Part shown: piece after piece, positions 1-12,072 of the stretch
How the letters are laid out: the number at the start of each line of letters is the position of its first letter
Position numbering within the stretch: the first letter of the stretch is position 1
Origin: Entomortierella parvispora E1425
Lineage: Eukaryota; Fungi; Mortierellomycota
Length of the DNA: 64,000 bases
NCBI GenBank assembly: GCA_020891255.1
Contig: BQFW01000008.1
Coordinates: 620,001 to 684,000, forward strand
Direction of reading: 5' to 3'
Notes under the pieces: generated by a model
Told to the model about the DNA's origin: nothing
Seen by the model: only the letters and a program-made list of their open reading frames with translations
The model's database searches: none
Program-made: the position numbers and the translations under genes

Positions 1-893
1 ACAATGCATCCTCCGAAGTGGTCTCTGCCACTACAGCGGGACCGTTGAGCGTCTCTCCATTACAGGAAGCGCTCCAGCAGCATCAATCATGTGGAGATTT
101 GATTCAACAAACGGAACCCAGCGGTGAAGAGGGCTTGCCTCAAGCACAGTCCCCAACAGCGGCGGTCGTACCCCGTGCAAGACCTTTGCATGGGCGTCAG
201 CGCATGTTGTCTCGAGTCCATCGTCATGGACTGATGATGCCAGTCATGGATCGTATGACCCCTGTTCCCAAAGCGCTCTTGCCTGCCTACTGGGAACTGG
301 CCGATACTTTTGTCATGCCTTGGTCCGACACCCAGTTGAATCTGCCGGATGAGATTGTTCAAGAGATCCGACGACAGTTCGAGACGTCAGAATGTTATCT
401 CGAGATGTTTGAGCCTGTGGTTCGAGAGATCCAAGAGCTGGTCTATGTGAATGTCTGGCCCCGTTTCGTGGTCTTTTTGCAGAAGCAGCCCCAGGGATTC
501 CGAGGTCGAATGAAGTTGGCTTGGAAGAGGTTTACAGATCGTGTCTGGGTCGGAAATCACTTTGCAGGAAATCACCACGATGGCAATGGATACAATGGAG
601 AGGGTGGAGTCTACCGAGGACCGACGACGCCACGTCCTCATGAGCTCTCACGAACGTCCTCTGGACAATTCCCAGAGACGATTTATCAGGACGAGGAGGA
701 CATTGCACGAGCACAACAGCAGCAGGCAGAGGGATACATTCAGAATCAGTATAGTTATCTCGGAGGACTTGGAGCAGTTCGACCAAGGGCTGGCGAGGCA
801 AAGGAGGTTAGCGAAGAGGAGTTGGGTCAGTTTGGCGTGATGCAGGAGCTAGATCTCACGGCTCTTCAGCGGATCGTCGTTGACCCTCAATAA
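1..893 (+). CDS. RGS (regulator of G-protein signalling) domain protein, 3' part only (5' end outside window)
   Basis: Frame is open from the window edge to TAA at 891-893. WELADTFVMPWSDTQLNLPDEI...MFEPVVREIQELVYVNVWPRF matches the C-terminal half of the RGS fold (I..F......elNi.......i....F......i..l...n.wprF). Confidence 0.75.
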   Translation, partial: NASSEVVSATTAGPLSVSPLQEALQQHQSCGDLIQQTEPSGEEGLPQAQSPTAAVVPRARPLHGRQRMLSRVHRHGLMMPVMDRMTPVPKALLPAYWELADTFVMPWSDTQLNLPDEIVQEIRRQFETSECYLEMFEPVVREIQELVYVNVWPRFVVFLQKQPQGFRGRMKLAWKRFTDRVWVGNHFAGNHHDGNGYNGEGGVYRGPTTPRPHELSRTSSGQFPETIYQDEEDIARAQQQQAEGYIQNQYSYLGGLGAVRPRAGEAKEVSEEELGQFGVMQELDLTALQRIVVDPQ

Positions 894-1744
894 GTACCTT
901 TTGTTTTCTCTCCATTATTTGCATTCTCACTCCAACTTCTCTCCCCCACTTTTTTTTTATATCTCAGAGTTCTTTTTTTCAGTTCAACTTATCCACTTTC
1001 TCCCTTATCTTCTCCCACCACCATTCATTCATACAACAGAAAAGGGGAAAGCTGGATTGTGTCAATAGTCATGTAAACTAGCTATACCATAGTCACGATA
1101 TTAAACAAAAGGCAGCAGCAGCCGTGAAAACAGGAACATCCATGCTCATTGCCCATTAGTTGCAGCCGCTGTCTTTTCGACCTTTTCCCAAGGTGCTCTC
1201 GAACATTGAGCTGTTCCCACCATCGTGCTACATTGATGATGTATCTGTTGACGATGTACCTGCATCTGTTGTTGAGCTGGATGTGGACATTTGTTTACTC
1301 ATCACTCCTCTCTTGCCACTCTGTCGAGGGTGAGGGCGAGGGTACGGGTACATAGAGAGTCCAATCCACGCCAACAAACAATCACACAAAAAATCGTCTC
1401 TTGCCTCACCTCACCATCTCGACTCTTTCAACCCTCAAAGATCGAGTTTTTTTTTTTTTTTTTTCTTCCGCGGGAGGGAGAACCGCCCTGGGGTCTTTGA
1501 ATGAAACGACCGAGTTTTTTTATATATTTATTTTCCTTTTCAAAAAAGAATGGGGAAGGAAAGGGTTTGTTGACAGTGCCAAAAAGATGAAAGGTTTTGA
1601 AGAGACGAGGCTTGGGAATCATGCCCCCCTTGGCGCGCGGTATGAAAACATGGATCGAGAAGAAACATTACTTTATCCATCATAAAAACAAACAATCAAA
1701 AAAGCATCATTAAAAACACGAACAAAACAAAACTAGTCTTTTTT

Positions 1745-4700
1745 TTAAATCTCTCGATTTCGGACAAGCAGGTTCCAACAGGTATCCAGGTCCTGAGGCC
1801 CAATGGAGAGATCGCAGTCCAAAAAAGTCAAAAACTCATTCTCCATCCGATCCAAATCGTGCACCTGAAGGACCATGGGCGCAGCGTGAGAGGTCGTTGT
1901 GGATGCAGCAGTAGAAGGAGCGGATGAAGAGGCGGTAAAAGCCATGGAGTTCTTGATCGGTGTAGCTTGGATGGGCAAAGACCGGGCTGGAAAAGTTTCT
2001 TCTGGGGTGCTTGTTGTTCTCTTTGCTCTTTCCTCGGAGCTATTAGCAAATATACCACAGCTCAGGGTCGCACAAGAGCCTGCAGCGGCGGCAGAGGATG
2101 ACGCCGACCCCAAAGCAGCTGCAGTGGGCAAAGGAGCAAACTGCAGCACTGCATTTTGAGTTTGGGCACCTGGGGTGGTCATGCTGGGGGACAAGGGCGT
2201 AGTCGCTGCTGTAGAAGGCACTGTAGGAGGCATCGAGGGCGAAAGCGGAGGAGAAGGTGGAGGAGGCGACACAGTGTCTGCCATTGTCGTGGTCGAGGAT
2301 GGCCGCGGTGGTGGACTGAAGAAGGACCCCAGACTCAACAACCGGATCCATTCATAGTTTGAAAAGATCAACTCTGCCCTGGACCGAGCCTCCCAGATCT
2401 TTTCCTCAAGAGCTACTCGATTTTGTTGACGAAGCTCTTCAGGACTCTCCATTGATACTTCCTCTTTGATAGGAAGCATTTCTCCGCAGTCGTCTGCATC
2501 TCTTCCTCCAAGATATTCACCATTGGGACCGCAGATTTCAGGCTGAAGGTCCATTCGAGGAGAAGAAGACGGAGAGGCAGAAGCAGAGGAGAGGGATTGC
2601 TGTTCCTGAAGAAGAGTCTCAATCTCTACACTGCAACGATATTTGGCCGCAATGATGTACGCGACCAAGAAGAGTCGGTGAGAACAGCCGGGTTCACCTT
2701 TTGCCTCGGGATATTTCTATGAGAGTGGGCGAAAGAGCTTGTTAGTCGAGAATAAAAAAAAATGGACTAAAAATATTCTCAAATAAGCTTGAGTTTGGTA
2801 ACTTACAGCCTTCAGTCGGTCCACATAGATCAGGGCCAGTGTCAAGGTGAGGTTCTGGAACGGTACCTTGACCAAAGGGGAAAACCTCGGTGTGACCGAA
2901 GGCGATGGGATGGGGGACGAAATGGTGGACCTTTTGGCGGCCAGACTGTTGTTCCTACCCTCATTTCGAAAGGTGGGAGAGGTTGGGCTGGGCAACAGCA
3001 TGGAACCACGGCGATCGGTCGAAGACAGGGACCAAAGGTCTGGAACATTTCCAATTTGTTGTTGTGGTTGATGGTGCAAGTGGCGTCGGGTCTGATAATC
3101 GTGGTATTCAGACGTCTGACGATGCCTCTTGGCTGCGAGTGAGGACTCTGTCCTAAAAGGTCCCGGTCCAGCAGACATTGGAGACGGCAAAGAATGAGAG
3201 TGATCCTGGAAGGATCGACTGTTTCTCCTCGGTGTGACTGGACCAATAGTGCGACTCCGAGGTGAAGTCATTCCTGCATGGCCGTCGCTATTACTGATAT
3301 TAGGGGTTTGGTAGCTATAAGCGGTAGAGGTCGATGCGGAGGAATTGTTATAGGTATTGGTGTTGGTGTGGGCGTGAGTGTGGTTCGCGTTCTGGGCAGC
3401 AGCATGTTGTTGCTGCAGTTGTTGTTGTTGTTGTCGCTGTGCATGCAGGACCGTCAGTCGACGATGGATGACTGTCGCCTGATTGTGCAAAGCCGAGTTG
3501 TCCGCGGTCAAAGTCAAGATATGGCGGATATAATTAGCCAGTAATAAGAGTGGATTCGACTGCACTGGGTTGGCGGAGGATGATGATGCGGTCCGCGGTG
3601 GCTGCAATTGGTCTTCTGGACCGGGGCGATTGCTATTCTCCGTGTGAACATCCCGATGCTGTAGTTGTTGTTGCTGCAGTAACTGCACCTGTGCGCCTCT
3701 TTCCTGTTGGTCTGAACTCAATCCTGCTTCATGATCGGCCAACTCCTCCGCGGTAACTTTCGAGGTCGAAGGGGAGGCAGGGGGGTGTGATGCTGTATCT
3801 CCTGCTTGTGTTACCGCCTTTGTCGGCCCTGAGGCTGTTGTCAAGTCGGCTGGGGCAGAATCCTGAGCAGGTGCAGAACTGGATTCCCATCGGGAGACGG
3901 TGAGGTGGGTTGAGAATGCTATGAATAGAAAAAGGTGGGTGGCCGCAGTCAGGATAAAAAGAACAAGAGAAAAAGAAAGTTAGTGACATGTATGGATCGG
4001 CGCTCCAGAGCTTTGGCTCATCTTTCAAAAATATTGAATTTTTTTTTCTTTTCAAAATCGACCGAGGAAACAAGTGGAGTGGCGCAAGGCATTGGTCTTG
4101 TCCCAACAAAAGAGCAGAGAGAGAACAAAGAGCACCATGGGTGGATGAGGGGCCAAAGTACAAAAAGGACATGCTGTGTCACCCCAAGCACCAAAAAAAT
4201 CGCACAGCCCACCTTGAAATTACAATGTTTGTTTTCTCTTGACGCATGCATCCCAGCCACGCTGCACATGAGGGATATAGAACATGGGGGACACACCCTG
4301 TCCAAACAATTCGATGTGGGATTATATTCACGTATTTGGAAAAGTACAGATGCTTCGAAGAAAAAGACAACTCGCCCCTTGAAGACACAAGGCACAACAA
4401 AGTAGATTAAGCCTAGAACAAACACGCATGGGCTAAGCCGGTCTCGTACCCTCTCTTCTTCCCTGCTCGAGCGTCTTCTGCGTCGCGCTGCTACTCCCGG
4501 ATAAACCCACGCCCCTTGCAATGGTTCCAGTGATGAGTGAGCAAAAGAAAGATGGGCGACAAAAAGAATTTCGATGAATCGAACGAACCGAGGAAGAAAG
4601 ACACAACAGGGAGAGATGTGGGTCGCGGGCGAGTCTTTCATATCCCGCGGAGCATGGCTCAGCTTTTTTTTTTGAAATTCGATTTTTTTTTTTTTTACCT

Positions 4701-5380
4701 ATCGTCCGATGCTCAACTGTGCCTGCATCCTCGGCCTGGAGTCGCTTTAAACTCTGGCGGATCCCAAGATGTTGCCCCAGGTACGCTCGTTTGCACGCTA
4801 CCGAAACAGGCATACCGTACAATGTCGGTGGAGGTGGAGGTGGAGGTGGATAGTCAAAGTATAGCGGACCATTGTGAGAAGGCTCGTGATTATAGTAGTG
4901 TTGATTATGAAAGCGCGTTTCTGCGGATGTTGTCGAGCGGACTGCTGAGGCGAACGGTGAAGGGTTGTCTGACCAAAGGTCGGGGGATGTTTGAATAGGG
5001 GAACGAGATGGGGCTGCAGGCGCCGACGTGTCAATGGTCATTGCTGGCTGTCTTGGAGCTTCCAACGCCGCCTTAATCCGATCAAAGAGCGAGGGCAAAC
5101 GCCTCTCACTGGAGCTCCGCGGACCTGCATAGGGCGAAGGCCTGCGAGACGACGAAGAGGCGTGGTGTGTTGTCTTTGCCGCACTGGTCCTTGGAGGGGA
5201 GCGCATCCTTCTTTTAGGTGATTTAGAGAATGACAAAGGAGGAGGAGACCTTGCCAAAGAAGTGATTGACGGACGGCGACTGTGATGCTGTTGCTGCTGC
5301 TGCTGCTGCTGATGACGGAGTAGGGGGCTGGTGGGGAGGTGGTCTACTGGATCGATGGTGACAAGACTGTAGAGCTTCAT
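1745..5380 (-). CDS. Pho80/Pcl-family cyclin-like protein, about 882 aa, mostly low-complexity; exons 5380-4816, 3918-2807, 2716-1745
   Basis: Splicing 2807/2716 (GTAAGT..ATAG) yields TLALIYVDRLKAKYPEAKGEPGCSHRLFLVAYIIAAKY, a Pcl-type cyclin box. Downstream IFSNYEWIRLL and DLDRMENEFLTFLDCDL match later cyclin helices. Exon 1 joins in frame via a phase-1 GTATGC donor and TAG acceptor (897-nt intron); exon 1 is less certain than the core. Confidence 0.8.
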
Positions 5381-8029
5381 ATATAGTCGAGATGAGGGTG
5401 GCTTTTAAAGTCGAGAGGAATGAAGGAGAGGGGTGAAAGGGCGGAGAGACTGTGAAAGGGTCGAAAGCGAATCGAACTGATCAAGTTCGGGATGAGGCAG
5501 TGTGGTTCTGTTGATCAAAGGGTCAATTGGGAGACAGGAGAGAGTGGAGGTGTGGATGCAAGGGAGGGGCAGGCAAGTGAGTGTGAGTATGAGTGTGTAG
5601 GAGGATCGACGCGGGAGGGGACAAGGTCGGCAAGCTGGGCCAAAACAAAAGGCGAGAGAATTGAGCTTGGAGGATAGCAGTAGGAACAAACGATTCTTGG
5701 AAAGGGAAAGGGAAAGGGGGCAGTTGCTTCTATTTATTGCCCTCGCTGGTCTCTTTGCTCGGCGGGTCCCCGGCTCTGTCGTCTTAGTTTGGGAATGGCA
5801 GGGTCGTGAGGAAGAAAGGGATCTCCGCGTTGATTGCGGTGATTGCAGGGACCAGGTGTCCGCGAAATTTTTCGGCTCTGACACACGGAAAGAAAAAATA
5901 AATGCTCCATCCACCTCTTTCCATGGTGACGGGGAGAAGACGCCATCGAAACAGCTCTTTGTTTTCTTAGGCAACCAAACAAAAGGAAGAACAGATTGCA
6001 TTATTATTGCTTCTTTGCCTTGCTTTGCTTCGCTTTGCTTGTGAGTGAAGAGAACATAACGGGGGACCGTTCTTTCAAAGGGAGCTGGGATCGATTTTCG
6101 AGGGCCCGTTCTTTCCTGCCCGTCCTTGACAAAATAAAAAAAAATCGAGAGAACAAACTCACGCACAACAAAACAGGCTCGCTCGGTAGTACAACCTGTC
6201 CAGGGCGCGGGGATACCATAGCTGCAGTGCAACGCCAATTTTTGGATCTTCCGCGGACAATAATCACTCCCAGGCTTTGCTTCCGTGCGTGTGCCAACCT
6301 GTGCCAACCTGTGCATGTGGACGAGGCCTTTCCTGCACCAACCAGTCGTCTCTGCGCAAGAATAAAACAAAACAGTTTGCCTTTTGCAATCCTGCAGTGA
6401 AAATAAATATATACCTTTCTGTGCAGAACAACAACGAAGGCAAGTGCGGCTATTGTCATGGGGGGTTCTATGTTTGGCATGGCTATCAAAAGGTCCCACG
6501 TTTTTTTTCTTGGGGGTTTCTGTTGTACCTGCACTGCCGTCATTACGTCAATCCTACAGACGCGTACGACCTTGACCCAAAGAGATATAGTCGAGAGTAC
6601 CTCAAGTACGCAGGGTCAGGCTGGTGTACTTGCCGTAGTCATCTCAATGGTAAAGGGTCTTCCTGTTGCTCTTTGTTCCGAGGAGAGCAGGTGTAGATTC
6701 TATAGATTCGGGCTATTTCACTGTGGCGAAGGCGTCGACCTTGTTGCCGTTGCGACTTCGCTTCTCTATCTTTAGTACATCGCACAGTGAACGATCTGTT
6801 GTTCCATTCATTTACAATAATAGTGCGATAGCCAACGGTCATGAGTCTAGCGTTTGTTGAAGTCATTTTAGCTGCAGTGCTGAACGGTTTCCACATTGTT
6901 TGCGCAATCCTCCAGACACAACCCATCCTCGAAGAGTGTTCGCTTTCCAAGTCCTGCTGGTGAGAGCAGGATCATGATCACCCAAGCATGCTGAGCCCAG
7001 AACAAGGATTCTACACCGTGAGAATCACTTCAAGCTCAAAGGTCCTTCAACAGTTATTCTCTTCTATAACTGCCTTCTGAGCGCATTGATACTGGGGCTT
7101 TGAGATTGTACCCATTCCAAACAGCCGTACTCGCTCTATTCCGACCTAATGAAGCCATTGCAGTTAATGCTCAGGCTCTCTCGTTCGAGGCAGCGATGAG
7201 TTGACTCGTACTACTCCAGTCTGATGGGATCCCACGATTGATACTCCAGGCACGAATGATTTCGTGTCGCGTTCGTGTCAAACAAATATCGCGTTTATAA
7301 GATGAGGGTGAGGAGGCAAGGAGATCAAGCACCTGGTTCGCTTCCCAAACACAATTCCCACGACCACCATGCAGGGTCAGAGCCGAATGAATGAAAGTTT
7401 CTTCGTTTGTCTAACCCACACTTTCGATTTCATTTGCAATTGCCCTCCCACTTGATCCCTACTACGGGTTCCCCATCATTACGAATCAACGGATGTGCCT
7501 GCAGATTGTGATTGCATCGAGGATTTCATTCATGGTGACAAGAGTCGTCTTTCACGAGCTACTATCCCTCAATTGCACACGCTGGCCCTGCTCATCGATT
7601 GCTCACAACACCAACTTTCTCCATGACGGCCATGTGGCTCACCGACCCTTGTCCATAGTTTGACGCTTCATTTCCACTCCACGGTTTTGCTCTCCACCTT
7701 TTTTCCTTCGTTCCGCATTCGCACTCGTAATCCGCTTCCGTCTGTGTTCCTTTGTATCTCTTCTCTGACCACACCTCTGCGCTCGTTCCTCTCCTCTCTC
7801 CTCTCTCCTCTTCTCTTTTCATTTCTGACGATAAACATTGGCCGTGTGCTGCGAATTCCTGCCTTCCCCTAGTCGATTCTTTTTCCTCACGTTCACACCG
7901 GAAGACAAAAAGCTCTTTATGGTCTTATTTTTTTTTTTTTTTTTTTTTTTGCCCTCTTTGAATCTCTGTCCTCATTCCACTCTCCTTCCTCTCCTCATTC
8001 AGTCTCCACAAAAAAAAAAGGGTTCCGCC

Positions 8030-9536
8030 ATGACCTCCATTTCACCTTCACCAGTGCCGTCGGCCCCTCATGTGAGCCTTGAGAGGTCCTCGACCTCAAC
8101 TTCTGTGGGTTCGTCTCGAGCGAGCGTAGTCTCGCCCATCCGCAGGGCCAATGTGACCAGCCCCACCAGCCCCACAGCACGGCCCTCGCTCCCAGGCGCG
8201 CCCAGTAAACGGTTCTCGACCGTCCAGTCCAAGGTCGGCTCACTGGAGGCCATCCATTACAAGCCCAAGCCGTCCGAGAAGAAGATCCAGTCCTTCAAGC
8301 AGGATTTCTCCCATATCAAGTCCAAGGTCGATGCCAAGTTGGTCCTCCCTCCCTCCGAGCCAGGCGTGGCCAAGAGCACGGCCGGCTCTTTTTCTGTCGC
8401 AACTGCTGCGGGCAGCCGTGGAGGTAGTGTAAAGAGACCCACGGTTGTGACAACAACATCAACAACAACAACAGCAAGGACAGCTTCACGCCAGCCCCTA
8501 TCGCCTCCTCCATCACGGACCTCTTCTGCGGTCAGAACGGCCACTCCTGCTGTGATCAGTACCTCGGCTGCTACAGCAACAACCACAACCACAACAGCCA
8601 CCGCAACATCCCCTCGCTCCCCTCTTCATTCTCGAAGGAGCTCCAGTGTCTCCACAACCACGAGCCCACCCTTATCGCCGTCGAGTCCTAACAGTGGCAG
8701 TGCCAACAGCCGTCGGCTCTCCAAACATATTATCCCCACTCAAAAAGCTCAATACGATCATGTCAAATCCAAGGTCGGATCCTTTGACAATGTGGCCTAT
8801 AAGGAGGCGGGACGTGGACGACCCAGCAGCAGGGCCTCGTCCAGTGGCGGCAACGGCGGGGCCTTTTCGCCCAACAATGGTCGATCTCGATCACCGAGTG
8901 GGGCGCGCTCTTCCAATTCTTCCAATGGGGGATCAACGACAGCCTCCACCACGTCAACGGCCCAGAGACGCTTGTCCTCTGGGGGCAGTGGCTTCAAGAT
9001 CCCGCCCTCCAAGAAAGTGGATTACTCCAAAGTCCGGTCCAAGGTTGGAAGTTTGGAGTTTATCAATCATACGCCTCAAGGTGGTAACCTCCGGGTCTTT
9101 AGTGAAAAACTGAACTTCAGGGAAACCGCACAGGTAAAAGACAGCGAGAGTAAAACGAAAGGAAATGAAGGGGCAATGATAGAAAGTGCAGGGGTGGATT
9201 CCTCAATTGTAACCACTTTTTTTTTCTTTTTCTTTCGTCATGTTAAATATAATCCAGTCCAAGATTGCAAAGGAGATTAATATCACCCAGTTCTACCAGA
9301 ACGAAGACCAGTCCTTCGATACTTCGATTCAAGAGGAGCATGAAGGGGAGGCAGTGCAAGGACAGGATAACGGAGAAGCAGTAGCTGAACATCACACACA
9401 GGAGCAGGATGAAAGTATCATTTATGGATCCAACGCCGGCGCAGACGAATTTGAGCCTCCCAAGAACATTCTCACAGTCTTGGCCGAGGTCACTGAGTCA
9501 GTCGGCGAGATTGGTTTGGAGGAGGCTCATTCGTAA
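8030..9536 (+). CDS. Tau/MAP2-like microtubule-binding repeat protein, about 460 aa; exons 8030-9133, 9258-9536
   Basis: Motifs VQSKVGSLEAIHYKP, YDHVKSKVGSFDNV and KVDYSKVRSKVGSLEFINHTPQGGNLRVFSEKLNFRETAQ|SKI align by eye with Tau/MAP2 tubulin-binding repeats (PF00418). The phase-0 GT-AG intron 9134-9257 restores the QSKI motif. Confidence 0.8.
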
Positions 9537-9737
9537 ATATCCATACCACGTCAAGGAACGCTTGTTGATTTGGAAAATAAGACAGATAGGGAGAGTCGAG
9601 AGGCTCTATATTGCATGAAGTTGAACAAGAAGTACGACGACAGCGATACTTGTCATATCACATATCATCAATAAAAATGCCCCTCTTGTGAAGGCTGAGG
9701 GGTTTCTAATATCTCTATTTATTTTTTGAAAGATTGT

Positions 9738-11794
9738 TCACTTCTTCAGCGCCTTTTCTTTTGCAGCAATGTCAACTCCTTCCTCGACCTCTTGCGAGGG
9801 TCTCTTCTTCTTGGAAGCCTGCTGCTCTGCATCTTCCATTTTCGAGACTGGTTGTCCTGCAGGGACGGCTCCTCCAATGGCCTCAACCACGCCTTCCTCA
9901 GCGGTTTCCAGTCTCTGGTTTCGCTTTTGGAGCGCGGCCTCCACCGCGATTTGAGCCTCATGCTTTTCACCGGTGCTCTCTGGTTCAATACCAAAGACTT
10001 CAGAAAACAAAGTAGCCTTAGCCTCAAACGTGCCGTCCTGGATCGATTCTCTGACCTTTGAGAAGAACAGACTGTACTGATGCATGTTGTGGCTAGAGGG
10101 AAAGAGATGCAGCATGGCAACGTCAGACAATAGCGCACGCAGAGATGTTGTCATGATATTACGATGATAAACAGACTAGCTTACCCCATAAGCAAAACTG
10201 TGGCGAGCATCTCATGTGTCTTCAGGAGATGGTTGATATAGGCCCTCGTATGCCGGTTACCCTTGCAGGCATAGCACTCGCAGCCTTCCATGATGGGCTT
10301 GAATTGGTCCGCATGCTCTTCGTCCCACAGATTAATCCAGCGGTTGGTCACAACAGACTTGTTCGTGGTGGGTATTGATGGCGCAGCAGCGGCGGCCTCA
10401 ACACCATATTCATAAAGAGACGCCTTTCCATCCTCTGTCAATTGGTAAGGGTATGACGTGTCGAAAAGATCCACGCCCATTGCCACAGCCTTCAGCACAT
10501 CCTCTGGAGTTGGGAAAAAAAAAAAAAAAGAAAGTAGGACTGAGTTAATGATCATGTCTCTTTCTCGATCCAGCTAAAAGACCTACAGGAGAGTCCAAGG
10601 TCCTTACCTGGTGTGCGGACGCCGTACACCATCTTTGGTTTTTCAGATGGCAGGTGGGTCAAGGAGGTTTGAACATGAGCCAAAATCTCACCCGACCGCT
10701 TCTCGTGCTCCTTTGAAAGAGTGGCCCACAAGTCGTTCGTGTCAATGATGAATCCTTGAACCTGGTCCCGTCTTGCAGTCTCCTGTGCACTCCGAATACG
10801 CTCTTCCTTCATATGTGCTCCCTGTACATGAGCGAATACAGTAATGTCGGTCCAAGGCTGAGAGACAAAAGCGTTGCCTTCTTCCTGATCCTCGTTGGCA
10901 GCTGGGGTCATTTCCGTGTCTCCATCAACAGCATTCTTGGCGTCTCTGGCTTTTTGCTTCTTCTCCCTCTTTGTCCGCTTTTCTTGCTCTTTTTTCCGAT
11001 CCTCCGCCATACCATCGCGTCCTTGTCTCTCTTCCAGAACTTGGTCCAGCCACTTAAGACTGCGATCCACACTCTTTCTCACTCTCTTCTGGGAAGGAAC
11101 CTTCTTGTGAGGAGTTGGGTTCCCTGCCGTCTGGGTCGTTTCCAAGATTGAATCTGTCAAGGCTGCAACAATGTCGGGGCGGTAATGGCGGACGATCTTC
11201 AAGTAATCTTCCAAGGTCAACTGGCGAATTCCCTTGGGCGTAGAGAGAACGACGTGATAGTCAGTGTTGGAGGCACGCTTTGAGAAGGGTTCCAGTGGTG
11301 CCGAGTCATGGAAATCACAGAGGAGAATCAGATCCTGAAGATGAAGATAATCCGCAACACTCATCAGCTTCTGGCTTTCAGGTGCAAATGGGTTGGTCCA
11401 CTTTGAAAAGGACTGGGGCTGATCCGTTTGACTAATTGATCCCACAGAGGACGCGACGAAACAACCCAGAAAAAAAAAAGAACTATGATCAGTGCTCGTT
11501 CTTTGATTCCCTAAGCCAGTATCACGGCTATGTCATCTTCCTATTTGCTTCTGTTTTCCTGGTTCCTTACAGGATCTGCTCCATGGCCACGTTCACACCG
11601 CCAAAGGTCTGCTGCCTCAAGTTGTCGGGGGTGAGGTGGGGGACCGAGCCCTTGATGGAGTACATGAAGCAACCAGGAGTGTCGATCTGTCGTTTTTCCT
11701 GATGAGCGGAGGCGATGGCGAGGGTGCCGGTTCGCGCATGGAGGTGCGACTTTGCAGCGCTATTATCCTGTAACTTGAATGAGAACGACGACAT
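9738..11794 (-). CDS. QTRT2: Queuine tRNA-ribosyltransferase accessory subunit; exons 11794-11571, 11431-10608, 10503-10185, 10092-9738
   Basis: TPGCFMYSIKGSVPHLTPD N-terminal motif, GVDLFDTSYPY, and Zn site CECYAC...HTRAYINHLL...HN. All four exons join in frame with GT-AG introns. Confidence 0.9.
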
Positions 11795-12072
11795 GTGTCC
11801 TTGTTTGCTTGAGAGAAAAAAGTCAGTGATGCATGCAATGAAGACAAAATTAAAGGTTCTCCAGCGTGGTGGCTTGTGTTGTCTTTTGATGTCCGATGCC
11901 GCACATCATATGTAACAGAGGTTTTGTCCATCCTTTTGTTCAGACTTAGTCTTCGTTTCTTTATTGTCAAGATATCTTATGTACATTGTGCTTTGTAAGG
12001 AGGGGGGGGATACATGATAGGCATTCTCCTTCGAAGGGTGTCCTCATCGAGATCATTACAGGATACAGAGAT

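Noticed and set aside
5405-6499. 364-aa minus-strand ORF upstream of the cyclin
   Set aside because: Non-ATG start, promoter-like pyrimidine tracts and no motifs.
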